From: Vulcanimicrobiales bacterium
GTDB taxonomy: Bacteria; Vulcanimicrobiota; Vulcanimicrobiia; Vulcanimicrobiales; Vulcanimicrobiaceae
Length of the DNA: 64,000 bases
Reading direction: 5' to 3'
Assembly (NCBI GenBank): GCA_038231455.1
Contig: JBBRLI010000001.1
Coordinates: forward strand, 192,001 to 256,000
In this document: positions 1 through 9,466 of the stretch, in pieces
Position numbering within the stretch: the stretch's first letter is position 1
Layout of the letters: every line of letters begins with the position of its first letter
Made by a program: the position numbers and the translations under genes
Notes under the pieces: generated by a model
The model's input: only the letters and a program-made list of their open reading frames with translations
Told to the model about the DNA's origin: nothing
Databases searched by the model: none

Positions 1-607
1 CACGGCCATCGTCGAGCGTCTTGCTCACTCGGTCGGCGTACCGCTTACGACCTTGGCGGGTGTATCGCACGCCGCGTAGTTCGCGTGCGGAGACGTTGGG
101 CACGTTGATATTGAGGAACACCCCGGGTTCGAGCGGCGTGCGAATCATTGCCTGCGCTTGATCGCAGGCGATCGCCGCGGCGACATCCCAGTAATGCGTG
201 GACGCCGTTTCGGGCCACGTCGCTGCGAGCGAAACAGCCATTGCCCTCGCGCCAAGAAGAACGCCCTCGACCGCGGCGGCGACGGTTCCGCTATAGCTGA
301 TGTCATCGGCAAGATTCGCACCGCGATTGATTCCGCTAATGACAAAATCCGGAGCGCCGCCGCAAAATTCGAACGCGCCGAGCACGACACAGTCGGCCGG
401 TGTGCCGGAACACGCATAGGTCGGAACGTCGCGACCTTCGAGGCGGGTGATCTCCAGCGGATGCGCGATCGAGATCGAGTGGCCAACCCCGCTGCGGTCG
501 CGATCCGGCGCGACGACCGTTACGTCGCCGAGCGCGCGCATGGCGCTTGCCAGCGCCACGATCCCGGGACTCGTTACGCCGTCATCGTTGACGACGAGGA
601 TCTTCAC
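1..607 (-). CDS. surE: 5'/3'-nucleotidase SurE (3' end runs off the window)
   Basis: Not in the ORF track. Manual translation from GTG at 607 gives MKILVVNDDGVTSPGI...VVAPDRDRSGVGHS...SGTPADCV...ISGINRGANL..DISYSGTVAAA, the SurE motifs. GTGA overlap with the upstream gene's stop. Confidence 0.95.
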   Translation of the reverse strand, partial: MKILVVNDDGVTSPGIVALASAMRALGDVTVVAPDRDRSGVGHSISIAHPLEITRLEGRDVPTYACSGTPADCVVLGAFEFCGGAPDFVISGINRGANLADDISYSGTVAAAVEGVLLGARAMAVSLAATWPETASTHYWDVAAAIACDQAQAMIRTPLEPGVFLNINVPNVSARELRGVRYTRQGRKRYADRVSKTLDDGR

Positions 608-954
608 GCTCTGCGCGCCGGCCGGATCAACTGCGCGAGCAAGAACGAGATGATGCTCAAGACGAGCGCGCCAAGAAACGCCGACCAAAAATTATCGACG
701 TGCAGCCCAACACCAAACTGCGCGACGACGTAGAACAACGCCGCGTTGATGACGAGCGTGAAGAGACCGAGCGTGATAATTTCGAGCGGCAGGCTCAAGA
801 GCACGAGGATCGGCTTAATGACGGCGTTGACGATTCCCAAGATGAGCGCCGCTACGATCGCCTCGATAAACCCGCTCACGTGGACACCCGAGACGATGTA
901 GGGCACGACATAGAGTGCCAGCGCGTTAACGATGAGTCGAATCAGCAGTCCCAT
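604..954 (-). CDS. YvlD/DUF360 (phage-holin-like) 4-TM membrane protein
   Basis: 116 aa hydrophobic protein with LGIVNAVIKPIL..LSLPL.IITLGLF.LVINA signature. Confidence 0.85.
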   Translation of the reverse strand: MGLLIRLIVNALALYVVPYIVSGVHVSGFIEAIVAALILGIVNAVIKPILVLLSLPLEIITLGLFTLVINAALFYVVAQFGVGLHVDNFWSAFLGALVLSIISFLLAQLIRPARRA

Positions 955-957
955 CGG

Positions 958-1572
958 TTACGCCGACTGCAGATAGGTGAAGCGCGACTCTTGCAGCGCG
1001 TTCACTGCAGCGACGCCGGCCGGTACGAGAATCGCACCCGCGATGAAACTGGCGCGTGCACGCGCATAGATTTCGGCCGGCGTCTTCTGCGAGCGGCGAG
1101 CGAGAGCGCCCGTAACGCCGTGCAAGGCGTTGTTGCAGATAAATATCCCGTTCCCCGAAGCGATGAGTTCGCGCGCTTCGGTGCTGTACGGATTGCCGCC
1201 GCTCGTCGTTGCCGACGTGTCGTGAATCTCGGTGAAGTACGCATCGTCCAGCGTGCTTTTCCAAAACGCATCATCCAGACCGAGCAAGACCGCCGGCCCA
1301 AACAGAATCACCGCGGCCGTCAAGTGCGGGTCGCCTGCATCCATCGCGCCGCTCTTATAGGCGTTAGCCGAGTTTGTGGCGTGGTGGAGCACGGTACCCG
1401 AGCGGAGCGAGATCGACCCGAATGCTTGCCGGTGCTTCGCCGTAACGCCGTTGCGAAACGCGTCGAGCGCTTTCGAATCGACTTCCAGCGATTCGGCCGC
1501 GATAACTGTCGCCGGCGCCCCCGTGAGCGCGCTTACCGCGACGCCGGTCCCGATAAAGTTACGTCGGTTCAC
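958..1572 (-). CDS. Tat-exported DsrE-like protein
   Basis: N-terminal MNRRNFI twin-arginine signal; C-terminal IFICNNAL...ILVPAGVAAVNALQESRFTY resembles the DsrE fold. Confidence 0.6.
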   Translation of the reverse strand: MNRRNFIGTGVAVSALTGAPATVIAAESLEVDSKALDAFRNGVTAKHRQAFGSISLRSGTVLHHATNSANAYKSGAMDAGDPHLTAAVILFGPAVLLGLDDAFWKSTLDDAYFTEIHDTSATTSGGNPYSTEARELIASGNGIFICNNALHGVTGALARRSQKTPAEIYARARASFIAGAILVPAGVAAVNALQESRFTYLQSA

Positions 1573-1604
1573 GTTTTCTCAATCTCTTTCACAGCAGGCG
1601 GCGG

Positions 1605-3629
1605 TCAGCCACCGAGTCCCGTCTTGACTTGCGCGGCAAGCGCCGGACTCATGCCTTTGACGGCGGCAATTTCATCGACGCTCGCCCGTTTGATCGCCGA
1701 GACCGAGCCGAACGCGACCATGAGCCGCTTTTTCCGCACCGGACCGACCCCTTCGAGTTCGTCCAGCGCGGATTTCGTCATCGCTTTATCACGGCGCTGG
1801 CGATGGTAGGTGATCGCAAAACGGTGCGCCTCATCGCGGATGCGCATGACGAGATGCAACCCCGCGGAGTTGGGCGCGAGAACGATTGGATCGGGGCTCT
1901 CCGGCAGATAGAGCCACTCGTGTTCTTTTGCCAGGCCGACAACGGGGATACCCCACATGTCCATCTCGCGCATGACCTCGACCACGGCGCTCAGTTGGCC
2001 TTTGCCGCCGTCGATGATCAGTAAGTCGGGCTTTTCGTGGAAACGCTCTTTGCGCGCGGCCTGGACTTCCATCGCTGCGGCGGCGGCATCGTCTTCGCCG
2101 ATCGGCGGGCGGTCCGCGTCCGCGCGCAGATACCGCAAGCGACGGCGCAACGTCTCCTGCATCATCGCAAAGTCGTTTGGCCCTTTATCGTACTGAATCT
2201 TGAAGTGCCGGTAGTCGCTTTTTTTTGCGCGACCCTCGATGAACACGACCATGGAACTCACGGCGTTGGTACCTTGGATATTCGAGATATCGTAGCACTC
2301 GATGCGGTGCGGCGGTTCGGGCAGGTCGAGCGCCGTCGCAAGTTCCGTTAGTGCGCTTGCAGAGGCACTCTCGGTTGCTTCTTGATGGACGAGAAACGCT
2401 TTGAGGTTCTGCTCGGCGTTTTTCTTCACGAGTCGCATGTATTCGGCGCGCGGACCGCGCTGCGGCTCAAGGATGCGCACGCGCTGGCCTTTGAGCTGCG
2501 TAAGCCACATCTCGATGACGGATTGATCGTCGGGAAAGGCCTCGATCAGTATTTCTTTCGGAATCGCGGCGGACGCACCGCGTGCGCGACGCTTGGAACG
2601 TTCGCTCACGGCAACCGGCGACTCTTGTCCGCGCGCCCCGCGCAGAGCCGATGGACTGCCGTGGATCTCGGATTCGAATTCCGGTTTCCCGGCATTCCCC
2701 GAGCGCGCGGTGTAAAATTGCTTAAGAAACATCGAGACAATTTCCGCATCGGAGGCATCGGCCGAGCCATCCATGATGAAGTGTTCTTGCCCGAGCAGCT
2801 TGCCGCCGCGCACGAGGAAGACTTGCATGCATGCCTGACCCTGCGCGCGTGCGAACGCGATCAAGTCCATATCCACGCGCGTCGCCCAGACGACTTTTTG
2901 CGATTCGGTCGTGCGTCGTACCGCAATGATCCGGTCGCGCAAGCGCGCCGCTGCCTCGAAGTTATACCCTTCCGAGGCGGCCGACATCTCGTTCTGAAGG
3001 CGGTGGATCAGCGCGTCTTGCTGTCCTTCGAGAAAGAGCACGACCTCATCGACGAGTTCGTCGTAGTCGTCTTCACTCTGATAACCGACGCACGGCGCAA
3101 GGCAACGCTTGATGTGATACTGCAAACACGGGCGCTTGCGTTTGCCGTCGATCGGCTCGCGGCACGTGCGTAGCGGGAAGACGATGCGCACGAGGTCGAT
3201 CAGCTCGCGTAGTCCATGCGCGTTGGTGTACGGACCGAAGTAGCGTGCCCCATCGTCGCGCAGCGTCCGGGTAAACGTGACGCGCGGAAAACGTTCGTTC
3301 GTCACTTTGAGATACGGGAAGCTCTTGTCATCCCGCATGCGCACGTTGAAGAGCGGCTGGTGCCGCTTGATGAGGTTCGCCTCGAGGATCAGCGCTTCGA
3401 TCTCGTTCGTGACAACGATCGTACGCACGTCGACGACGCGCTCGACCATCTTGATCGTGCGGTACGCGTGCGCGGCGCTCTCTTGAAAGTACGATCGCAC
3501 GCGACTGCGCAGCGAGACCGCTTTCCCGATATAGAGAATGCGATCGTCCTTCCCGATCATCTGATAGACGCCGGGAGCATCGGGGATCTGCGCGAGCGTC
3601 CGTTCCAGACGTGAGGGGGCGGTATTCAT
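1605..3629 (-). CDS. uvrC: Excinuclease ABC subunit C
   Basis: PGVY..YIGKAVSLRSRVRSYF GIY-YIG domain, RIECYDISNIQG, LIIDGGKGQL, RIRDEAHRFA, HhH tail. ATG start placed at 3629 (MNTAPS). Confidence 0.97.
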   Translation of the reverse strand: MNTAPSRLERTLAQIPDAPGVYQMIGKDDRILYIGKAVSLRSRVRSYFQESAAHAYRTIKMVERVVDVRTIVVTNEIEALILEANLIKRHQPLFNVRMRDDKSFPYLKVTNERFPRVTFTRTLRDDGARYFGPYTNAHGLRELIDLVRIVFPLRTCREPIDGKRKRPCLQYHIKRCLAPCVGYQSEDDYDELVDEVVLFLEGQQDALIHRLQNEMSAASEGYNFEAAARLRDRIIAVRRTTESQKVVWATRVDMDLIAFARAQGQACMQVFLVRGGKLLGQEHFIMDGSADASDAEIVSMFLKQFYTARSGNAGKPEFESEIHGSPSALRGARGQESPVAVSERSKRRARGASAAIPKEILIEAFPDDQSVIEMWLTQLKGQRVRILEPQRGPRAEYMRLVKKNAEQNLKAFLVHQEATESASASALTELATALDLPEPPHRIECYDISNIQGTNAVSSMVVFIEGRAKKSDYRHFKIQYDKGPNDFAMMQETLRRRLRYLRADADRPPIGEDDAAAAAMEVQAARKERFHEKPDLLIIDGGKGQLSAVVEVMREMDMWGIPVVGLAKEHEWLYLPESPDPIVLAPNSAGLHLVMRIRDEAHRFAITYHRQRRDKAMTKSALDELEGVGPVRKKRLMVAFGSVSAIKRASVDEIAAVKGMSPALAAQVKTGLGG

Positions 3630-3648
3630 CCGCCCGTTCTCTTCGCGT

Positions 3649-4293
3649 TTAGGCGGCGGTCCCGCTTCCGGCATTACGCTTGGCGATGCGCCACCAAATA
3701 ATTCCGCCGACGATCAGCAAGAGGACGATGCCGACGGCAAGCAGCGAGAATTCGTGGAGCGTCGCGACGATCGTATCGATATTCTTGCCGGCCGTCTCGC
3801 CGAGGTAGGCAAGGCCGAAGCAAAAGATTGCCGAGCCGGCTGCCGTGTAGGTGATGAAAAAGCGCTTCTGCATCCGAGAAATACCGGCCGGTAGCGCCGC
3901 GACGCCGCGAATGAACGGGAGGAAGCGACACAAGAAGACGGTCTTTGTCCCTTGGCGTTCGTAAAACGCATGAACGCGCTCGAGTTCGTGCTCGCGGAAG
4001 CGAATGTACTTCCCGTAACGCCGTACGAACGGCACGCCGCCATAATAGCCCACGCTATAAAGGACGATGCCGCCGACGACTTCGGCAACCGTAGCGACCA
4101 AGCCGACCACGACCCAACCCGGAATCACGCCAATGGGCGGTAATGCACCGCTTCCAGCGAGGGCGCCCGCAAAGGGAACGACGATTTCTGTGCCCACCGG
4201 AACGCCAATGTTGCCCAGGGCCATCACAACGAACAAACCCGGGTAACCCGCGTGCACGATCAGAGCGTGAATGAAGTCAGTCAGATGTTGCAG
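3649..4293 (-). CDS. DedA family membrane protein
   Basis: GVPVGTEIVVPFAG, FLCRFLPFIRG..ALPAG motifs. Start uncertain: GTG 4257, or an in-frame CTG at 4293 preceded by AAGGA. Confidence 0.9.
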   Translation of the reverse strand: MQHLTDFIHALIVHAGYPGLFVVMALGNIGVPVGTEIVVPFAGALAGSGALPPIGVIPGWVVVGLVATVAEVVGGIVLYSVGYYGGVPFVRRYGKYIRFREHELERVHAFYERQGTKTVFLCRFLPFIRGVAALPAGISRMQKRFFITYTAAGSAIFCFGLAYLGETAGKNIDTIVATLHEFSLLAVGIVLLLIVGGIIWWRIAKRNAGSGTAA

Positions 4294-4323
4294 GGGGCTG
4301 GTCCTTGTCTCATGATCCCGTAG

Positions 4324-4716
4324 CTACTGCGACGGGGCGTCCGGGTTTCGTTTGGCACGCGCCAAAATGTCGGCGGCTAAACCACCGCCGGAACGCGCGA
4401 TTGCCTCGAACAGGTCGATCGGTTCGACATCACGGTCCCGCGCCCACTCTTCCGCCATGCGGATCACGGATCGGACGCGTGGTGTCACGAGTATTCCTTC
4501 CCACATCCGGTCCTCTCCCGTACCAAGCGAGCGCTTCAATTCGGCGTGAACTTCGCTTGCGCCGGAACCGAGTGCCGCCTCGATCGCGGGGTCGTGTTCC
4601 TCGAGCAGGGCATAGAGCATATGCTCCGCGCCCACATAGTAGTGATTGTGGTTTCGGCACTCTTGTTCGGCGGCGCGTAAGACGCGCCGGGCAGCCGGAC
4701 TAAATCGAGAGAACAC
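4324..4716 (-). CDS. Stand-alone Clp protease N-terminal (Clp-R) domain protein
   Basis: MFSRFSPAARRVL..AEQE....H.YVGAEHMLYALL and a second repeat TPRVRSVI..A; no ATPase domain. Confidence 0.85.
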   Translation of the reverse strand: MFSRFSPAARRVLRAAEQECRNHNHYYVGAEHMLYALLEEHDPAIEAALGSGASEVHAELKRSLGTGEDRMWEGILVTPRVRSVIRMAEEWARDRDVEPIDLFEAIARSGGGLAADILARAKRNPDAPSQ

Positions 4717-4737
4717 GCCTGCTTCTTAAAAATTGAG

Positions 4738-4767
4738 GGGTGTCTCCGGCGATTGCCGGAGACACCC
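4738..4767 (-). terminator. Hairpin immediately downstream of the tRNA, probable intrinsic terminator
   Basis: Perfect 13-bp stem GGGTGTCTCCGGC/GCCGGAGACACCC, with a T-run shortly after it on the minus strand. Confidence 0.65.
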
Positions 4768-4770
4768 AAT

Positions 4771-4847
4771 TGGTCGGGATGGCAGGATTTGAACCTGTGG
4801 CCTCTGCGTCCCGAACGCAGCGCTCTACCAAGCTGAGCTACATCCCG
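4771..4847 (-). tRNA. tRNA-Pro (anticodon CGG)
   Basis: Reverse complement CGGGATGTAGCTCAGCTTGGTAGAGCGCTGCGTTCGGGACGCAGAGGCCACAGGTTCAAATCCTGCCATCCCGACCA: cloverleaf, anticodon loop TT-CGG-GA, encoded CCA. Confidence 0.98.
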
Positions 4848-4947
4848 AATGCCCGATTGGTAAGGTCGGGCAAAGGATACGGGGTTCTCAGCGATAGTAC
4901 GCGTTCCTGCCGGGGAAGAACGCTCGACACACACGAAGCCGCCGCCC

Positions 4948-5625
4948 ATGAGATACCTCATCGTCGGATGCGGCCGGGTTGGGTCGACCCTTGCCAAGCT
5001 CCTCGTCGCCGAGAAGCACGACGTCACGGTGGTCGACGAAAATCCGTCGGCCTTCAAACGACTCGGCAAATTTCCCGGCAGCGTCGAGGTCGGGACGGGC
5101 ATCGATTACGATGTCTTAAAACGAGCGGGCGCCGAAAAAGCCGATGCGTTTATCGCCGTGACCGACGGCGACAACCGCAACGTTATGGCCGCTCTTATCG
5201 CGCAGCGTATGTTCCGCATTCCGAAGATCGTCGCGCGCATTTACGATCCGCCGCGCGGGCAAATGTATCGGGAACTTGGGATCGAGACGTTCTGCCCAAC
5301 GACGATCGGCGCGCAACTCATCCGCGACACCCTCAATGCGACCGACTTTGCAAGCGCACCGAAATTCGATTTTGGCAAACTCACCTCACTTGCCGCGACG
5401 GTGACGAGCAGCAACGCCGGCCGCCGTGTGGTCGATATCGAACGCGATGGCCGCATTCGCATCTCAGCAATCCGTCGCGGAAGCATCGTCTCCGTCGCGA
5501 CGCCCGCCGAAGTGTTGCGCGAGGGCGATGAAATCAACGCCGTCGTCTCACCCGAAGCGCTCGCAGAATTTGCGACGACGTTTCTCTCGGCGCAGCCGAT
5601 CGTCGCCGCCCGACTGACCGCCTAG
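4948..5625 (+). CDS. trkA: TrkA/KtrA family K+ uptake regulatory (RCK) protein
   Basis: IVGCGRVG Rossmann motif, AVTDGDNRN, RCK_C tail. Confidence 0.9.
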   Translation: MRYLIVGCGRVGSTLAKLLVAEKHDVTVVDENPSAFKRLGKFPGSVEVGTGIDYDVLKRAGAEKADAFIAVTDGDNRNVMAALIAQRMFRIPKIVARIYDPPRGQMYRELGIETFCPTTIGAQLIRDTLNATDFASAPKFDFGKLTSLAATVTSSNAGRRVVDIERDGRIRISAIRRGSIVSVATPAEVLREGDEINAVVSPEALAEFATTFLSAQPIVAARLTA

Positions 5626-5628
5626 CTC

Positions 5629-6315
5629 ATGTTCATCATCATCGTTGGCGGCGGCAAGGTCGGCACGTATCTCGCGCGCGGTCTCATCAAACAGCATCAC
5701 GAAGTTGTCGTCATCGAAAAAGATCCGAAGAAGGCCCAGATGATGACGAATCTCATCGAAGCGGACATCGCGATCGTTGGAGACGGCTGCGACCCGATGG
5801 TACTCGCCCAGGCGGGCATCGCGCGCGCCGACGTGGTCGTCGCCGATACCGGCGACGATGAAGACAACCTCGTGGTCGTGCTGATTACCAAAAAACAGTC
5901 CAAGGCGCGCTGTATCGCGCGCGTCAACAATCCCAAGAACAAGATGATCTTCGAATCGCTCGATACGGAGCAGCCGGTTACCGTCATCTCATCCACCGAA
6001 ATCATCCTCAATTACATCGATGACCAGCTCAACGCGACGGATCTCGAACCGCTCGCACGTGTCGGCAAAGGGGACTTGGAACTCGTTCAGATGGAGATTC
6101 CCGCCGGTTCGCCCGCGATGGGCAAACGGGTCGCCGACTTGCGACTGCCGCGCGGCTGCGTGGTCGTTGCCGTCGACCGCGGAGCCGGTGATGTGGTCAT
6201 CCCCAACGGCGACACAACGCTTGCCGCAGGTGATGGAATCATTGCGATGATCAAGCGCGAAGCGCGCGCCGATGTGCGCGCCGCTCTCGTCGGCGCGGCA
6301 ACCGTCGCGCCCTAG
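5629..6315 (+). CDS. trkA: Second TrkA/KtrA family RCK protein
   Basis: IVGGGKVG, ADTGDDEDNL, IARVNNPKN, RCK_C VVIPNGDT. Confidence 0.9.
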   Translation: MFIIIVGGGKVGTYLARGLIKQHHEVVVIEKDPKKAQMMTNLIEADIAIVGDGCDPMVLAQAGIARADVVVADTGDDEDNLVVVLITKKQSKARCIARVNNPKNKMIFESLDTEQPVTVISSTEIILNYIDDQLNATDLEPLARVGKGDLELVQMEIPAGSPAMGKRVADLRLPRGCVVVAVDRGAGDVVIPNGDTTLAAGDGIIAMIKREARADVRAALVGAATVAP

Positions 6316-6375
6316 TCGGCGCCTCCGGTGGCGTGATCGTCGGGTGAGATCACTTGCTATCAGGAGTTGCACTCG

Positions 6376-7188
6376 ATGATCCGCTATCCGCAGACCAACG
6401 CGCCGACGGTGAGCCCGTCGTTTGCGCCCGAGTCGCAGCCCGATTGGGCGCGCGGCATCTTTACACCGCCAAGAGCCACCGCCGACGGCATCGCAGCGCC
6501 GTTCTGGCGACGGCCACACACGGACTTACCGTCGCCGGGAACGCAAGTCGATACACCATTCAGTACCCAGGGCGTTTGGGGAATCTTCGCGCAGCTCCAG
6601 TCGCTCGTAGCGCAACTTCTCGCCGCGTTTCAGTCGACGCTCGCACAGCCGAGTGCGCCATCCGGGCAGCCGAGTTCGCCGGAACAGCAATTCCAGAACG
6701 TGACGCTCGGATCGACCGGAGATCCGCATCTTGCGGTCGACGGTGTAAGTGGCGATGGCAAAACCGACGTAAGCAATCACTTCGACTCGATGACCTCGCA
6801 CAGCGATCTTCTTCACTCGAACGACTTTGCGGGCGGATACGCGGTCAGCACGACGGTCAGCGCACCGGACTCACGCGGTGTCACGACGAACGACTCCGCG
6901 TCGATTGCACTCAATAACGGCAACGACACGGTCTCGATGTCAAAGGACGGATCGTTCACGATCAGCAGCGATGGACAAGCCTATACGCTTGCAAGTGGTC
7001 AGTCCATGCAGCTGGACGGCGGCGAGACGGTGACGCGCAATACCGATGGATCGCTCACCGTTCACGACCAAAGCTCATCCGGCGGATCGCTCTCGACCAC
7101 CCTCAAATCGTGGGGCGGCGGTGTCGATGTGAATGCGCAGGGCCAGAACGTCGACATCGGCGGTGACATCGTCAACGCGCGACCTTAG
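6376..7188 (+). CDS. Hypothetical protein with a GDPH motif and S/T/G-rich beta domain (MIIA/DUF1521- or VWD-like)
   Basis: AGGAG RBS 9 nt before ATG 6376; Pro-rich N-terminus, an amphipathic helix, then TGDPHLAVDG. Confidence 0.6.
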   Translation: MIRYPQTNAPTVSPSFAPESQPDWARGIFTPPRATADGIAAPFWRRPHTDLPSPGTQVDTPFSTQGVWGIFAQLQSLVAQLLAAFQSTLAQPSAPSGQPSSPEQQFQNVTLGSTGDPHLAVDGVSGDGKTDVSNHFDSMTSHSDLLHSNDFAGGYAVSTTVSAPDSRGVTTNDSASIALNNGNDTVSMSKDGSFTISSDGQAYTLASGQSMQLDGGETVTRNTDGSLTVHDQSSSGGSLSTTLKSWGGGVDVNAQGQNVDIGGDIVNARP

Positions 7189-7832
7189 ATCAAGCCGCGA
7201 CGCAGCGCCGTGACGGCCGCCTGCGTTCGATCGGCAGCAGAGAGCTTCTCCAAAATATCGCGGATGTGCCCTTTGACCGTACCGAGACCGAGATGCAATC
7301 GCGTCGCGATCTCGGTATTGCCGATTCCCTCGGCGACAAGTCGTAAAATCTCGCCTTCACGCGGCGATAGCGGAGAATCGGCAGCAGGCTTCGTCGCCGC
7401 ACCGGGTGCGCCCAAACGACCGAGCACGACGTGTGCGATGCGCGCATCAAAATAGGCACCGCCCTCGGACGCAATCCGAATCGCGTCGATAACGCCATCG
7501 GGCTTCGATGTCTTCACGCAGTACGCATCAGCGCCCGCAGCCAGTGCAGCGAGAATCTCGGTCTCAAGATCGTGCATCGTCAAAATCACGACGTGCGTCG
7601 GGATTTTTGCCGCCCGGATACGACGCGTGATGTCGATACCGTCGATCCCGGGCAAGCCGATATCGATCACCGCGACGTCCGGGTGTTCGCGCTCGATTAG
7701 CGCAAGGCCGGCGATTCCGTCGTCGGCTTCAGCGATCACCAGCATCCCGGGCGCGGCATCGATTGCCGTTTTGAGCCCTACGCGCGTGAGCGCGTGATCT
7801 TCGACCAGCACCACGCGTATCGGTTCAGACAT
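7185..7832 (-). CDS. NarL/FixJ family response regulator (REC + LuxR HTH)
   Basis: VLVEDH, DIGLPGIDG, LSPREGEILRLVAEG..N.EIA..L.....TVKGH. Start at ATG 7832. Confidence 0.95.
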   Translation of the reverse strand: MSEPIRVVLVEDHALTRVGLKTAIDAAPGMLVIAEADDGIAGLALIEREHPDVAVIDIGLPGIDGIDITRRIRAAKIPTHVVILTMHDLETEILAALAAGADAYCVKTSKPDGVIDAIRIASEGGAYFDARIAHVVLGRLGAPGAATKPAADSPLSPREGEILRLVAEGIGNTEIATRLHLGLGTVKGHIRDILEKLSAADRTQAAVTALRRGLI

Positions 7833-9405
7833 CGGCGGTGACCGGTAGCAGCGGGAGAGCAAAACCAAACGAGCTGCCGTGCGGCGAACGCGGCGCATAT
7901 TTCACGTGCCCGCCATACGCTTCGATAATTCGACGCACGATGTAGAGTCCGAGTCCCGTTCCGCCGCCTCGGCGCGAACGCCCATCACCAAAGCGCTCGA
8001 AAAGCATCGCTCGCACGGCTTCTGGCACACCATAGCCTTCATCATGGACTTCGAATTTCGCCATCTCGTCTTCGGCGGCGATATGCAGCGTGACCGTGCC
8101 GTTCTCGTGACTCCAAGTAATCGCGTTGGCAAGAAGGTTCGTGATTGCGCGACGAAGATCTCCGCGATCTGCGACAACGATCGGATCGGCCGACGCTTCG
8201 ATAGCGACCGTCACACCTTTCGCCGACGCGACGGAGTGCAATTCAGCAGCGATCGTCGCGGCGAGTTCGCGTAATGAGAGCGACTCGGGGTCGACACTCC
8301 GCTCGCCCGATTCGAAACGCGCCACCACGAGCAGCGTCTCGGCCAACCGCGCCAGCTCATCGGTCGCCGAAATGCTGCGTGCGACGACCTCGCGATACGT
8401 CGTCGGCAACTCTCCATAGGCACCTTCGTTTGCTTGGCGCAGCGTCATGCCGAGCGCGGCTAGCGGCGTGCGAAGATCGTGCGAGAGTGCGTACACGATG
8501 TCGCGGATCACGTCGCTTCGCTCGCGCAGCGCGTCGTTCGCCGCCCCAAGTTCGTCGTTTCGGGCGGCGAGTTCCGCAAACAGCTGCGCTTGTGCGAGTG
8601 CGATCCCGGATTGGTCGCTGAAACTGCGGGCAAGATCGATCGTGGTGCGGTCGAACGGCTCGACATCCGTCCGAACCGCGATCAGAACACCAAACCGCGT
8701 CTGCCGATCGACGATCGGTAAGAGCAGGGCCGTGCTTCCCTCGAGCGCATCGAGCACGAGTCGACCGAGCGCGTCATCCCGACTAACGACTAGTGCGTCA
8801 CCGTCGTCGAGAGCGCGTTGAGCGATCGACGCGAGTTCGGGTTGCAGCCGACCGTTCACAACGCGAATATCGCCGCCGCGCGAAGCGACGAGTCGAACCG
8901 TTTCGTCGGTTCGATCCGGCGTCAGCAGAAACTGCGTGCTGGAAACGGAGAGCGCGCGGAGCAACTCGCGCACGATCGAGCGTTGCACGATCTCAGTCGA
9001 GAGCGACGCGCGAATTTCTTCGAACGCCGAGCGCAGCGCGTGTTCGCGTTCGGCCTGAATCTGTTGTGCCGAGAGCCGTCCGACTCGCTCGGAGCGCTCT
9101 TGTACGGCCGTACTCAAGTAACCGACGAACACGATGGAGATCGCGGCGAAGAGTCGGTCGGCGACGCCGATGGAACTCCAGTGATAGCCCTCATGAACGC
9201 CGTTGACGTATCCGGCAATAACGTTCGCGATCAGCGCGCAGCAGACAAGCGCGGTCGTCAGGCGCCGACTTCGCGCGAAACTCGCAAGGACGATCGGCCC
9301 GTCGAGGAGGATCGCAACGACCAGCAGCTGCGGCGTAGCGATGTCGATCAGAAACACCGCCAGCAGCGCCGCAAAGCTGACGAACGGGATCGCACGCGCT
9401 TGCAC
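7825..9405 (-). CDS. Membrane sensor histidine kinase (TM-GAF-HisKA-HATPase)
   Basis: N-terminal TM helices, GAF-like region, H-box LSHDLRTPL, N-box NLLANAI, DEGYG, GTGLGL. Start inferred at GTG 9405. Confidence 0.92.
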   Translation of the reverse strand: MQARAIPFVSFAALLAVFLIDIATPQLLVVAILLDGPIVLASFARSRRLTTALVCCALIANVIAGYVNGVHEGYHWSSIGVADRLFAAISIVFVGYLSTAVQERSERVGRLSAQQIQAEREHALRSAFEEIRASLSTEIVQRSIVRELLRALSVSSTQFLLTPDRTDETVRLVASRGGDIRVVNGRLQPELASIAQRALDDGDALVVSRDDALGRLVLDALEGSTALLLPIVDRQTRFGVLIAVRTDVEPFDRTTIDLARSFSDQSGIALAQAQLFAELAARNDELGAANDALRERSDVIRDIVYALSHDLRTPLAALGMTLRQANEGAYGELPTTYREVVARSISATDELARLAETLLVVARFESGERSVDPESLSLRELAATIAAELHSVASAKGVTVAIEASADPIVVADRGDLRRAITNLLANAITWSHENGTVTLHIAAEDEMAKFEVHDEGYGVPEAVRAMLFERFGDGRSRRGGGTGLGLYIVRRIIEAYGGHVKYAPRSPHGSSFGFALPLLPVTADV

Positions 9406-9466
9406 CGTGAGAATTTTCGCCCCCCGGCGGGGGCGGGCCTCGCCCAAGCGAACCTGAGCGATCAGC

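Noticed and set aside
604-954. Holin-like gene as prophage evidence
   Set aside because: This family is common in housekeeping contexts and no other phage genes are present.
700-1809. 369-aa plus-strand ORF and the many similar Arg/Ala-rich alternative ORFs
   Set aside because: These are shadow frames of recognised genes in high-GC DNA and have no motifs.
4771-4847. tRNA-Pro as an island integration site
   Set aside because: No integrase is nearby and I saw no duplicated tRNA 3' end in the window.
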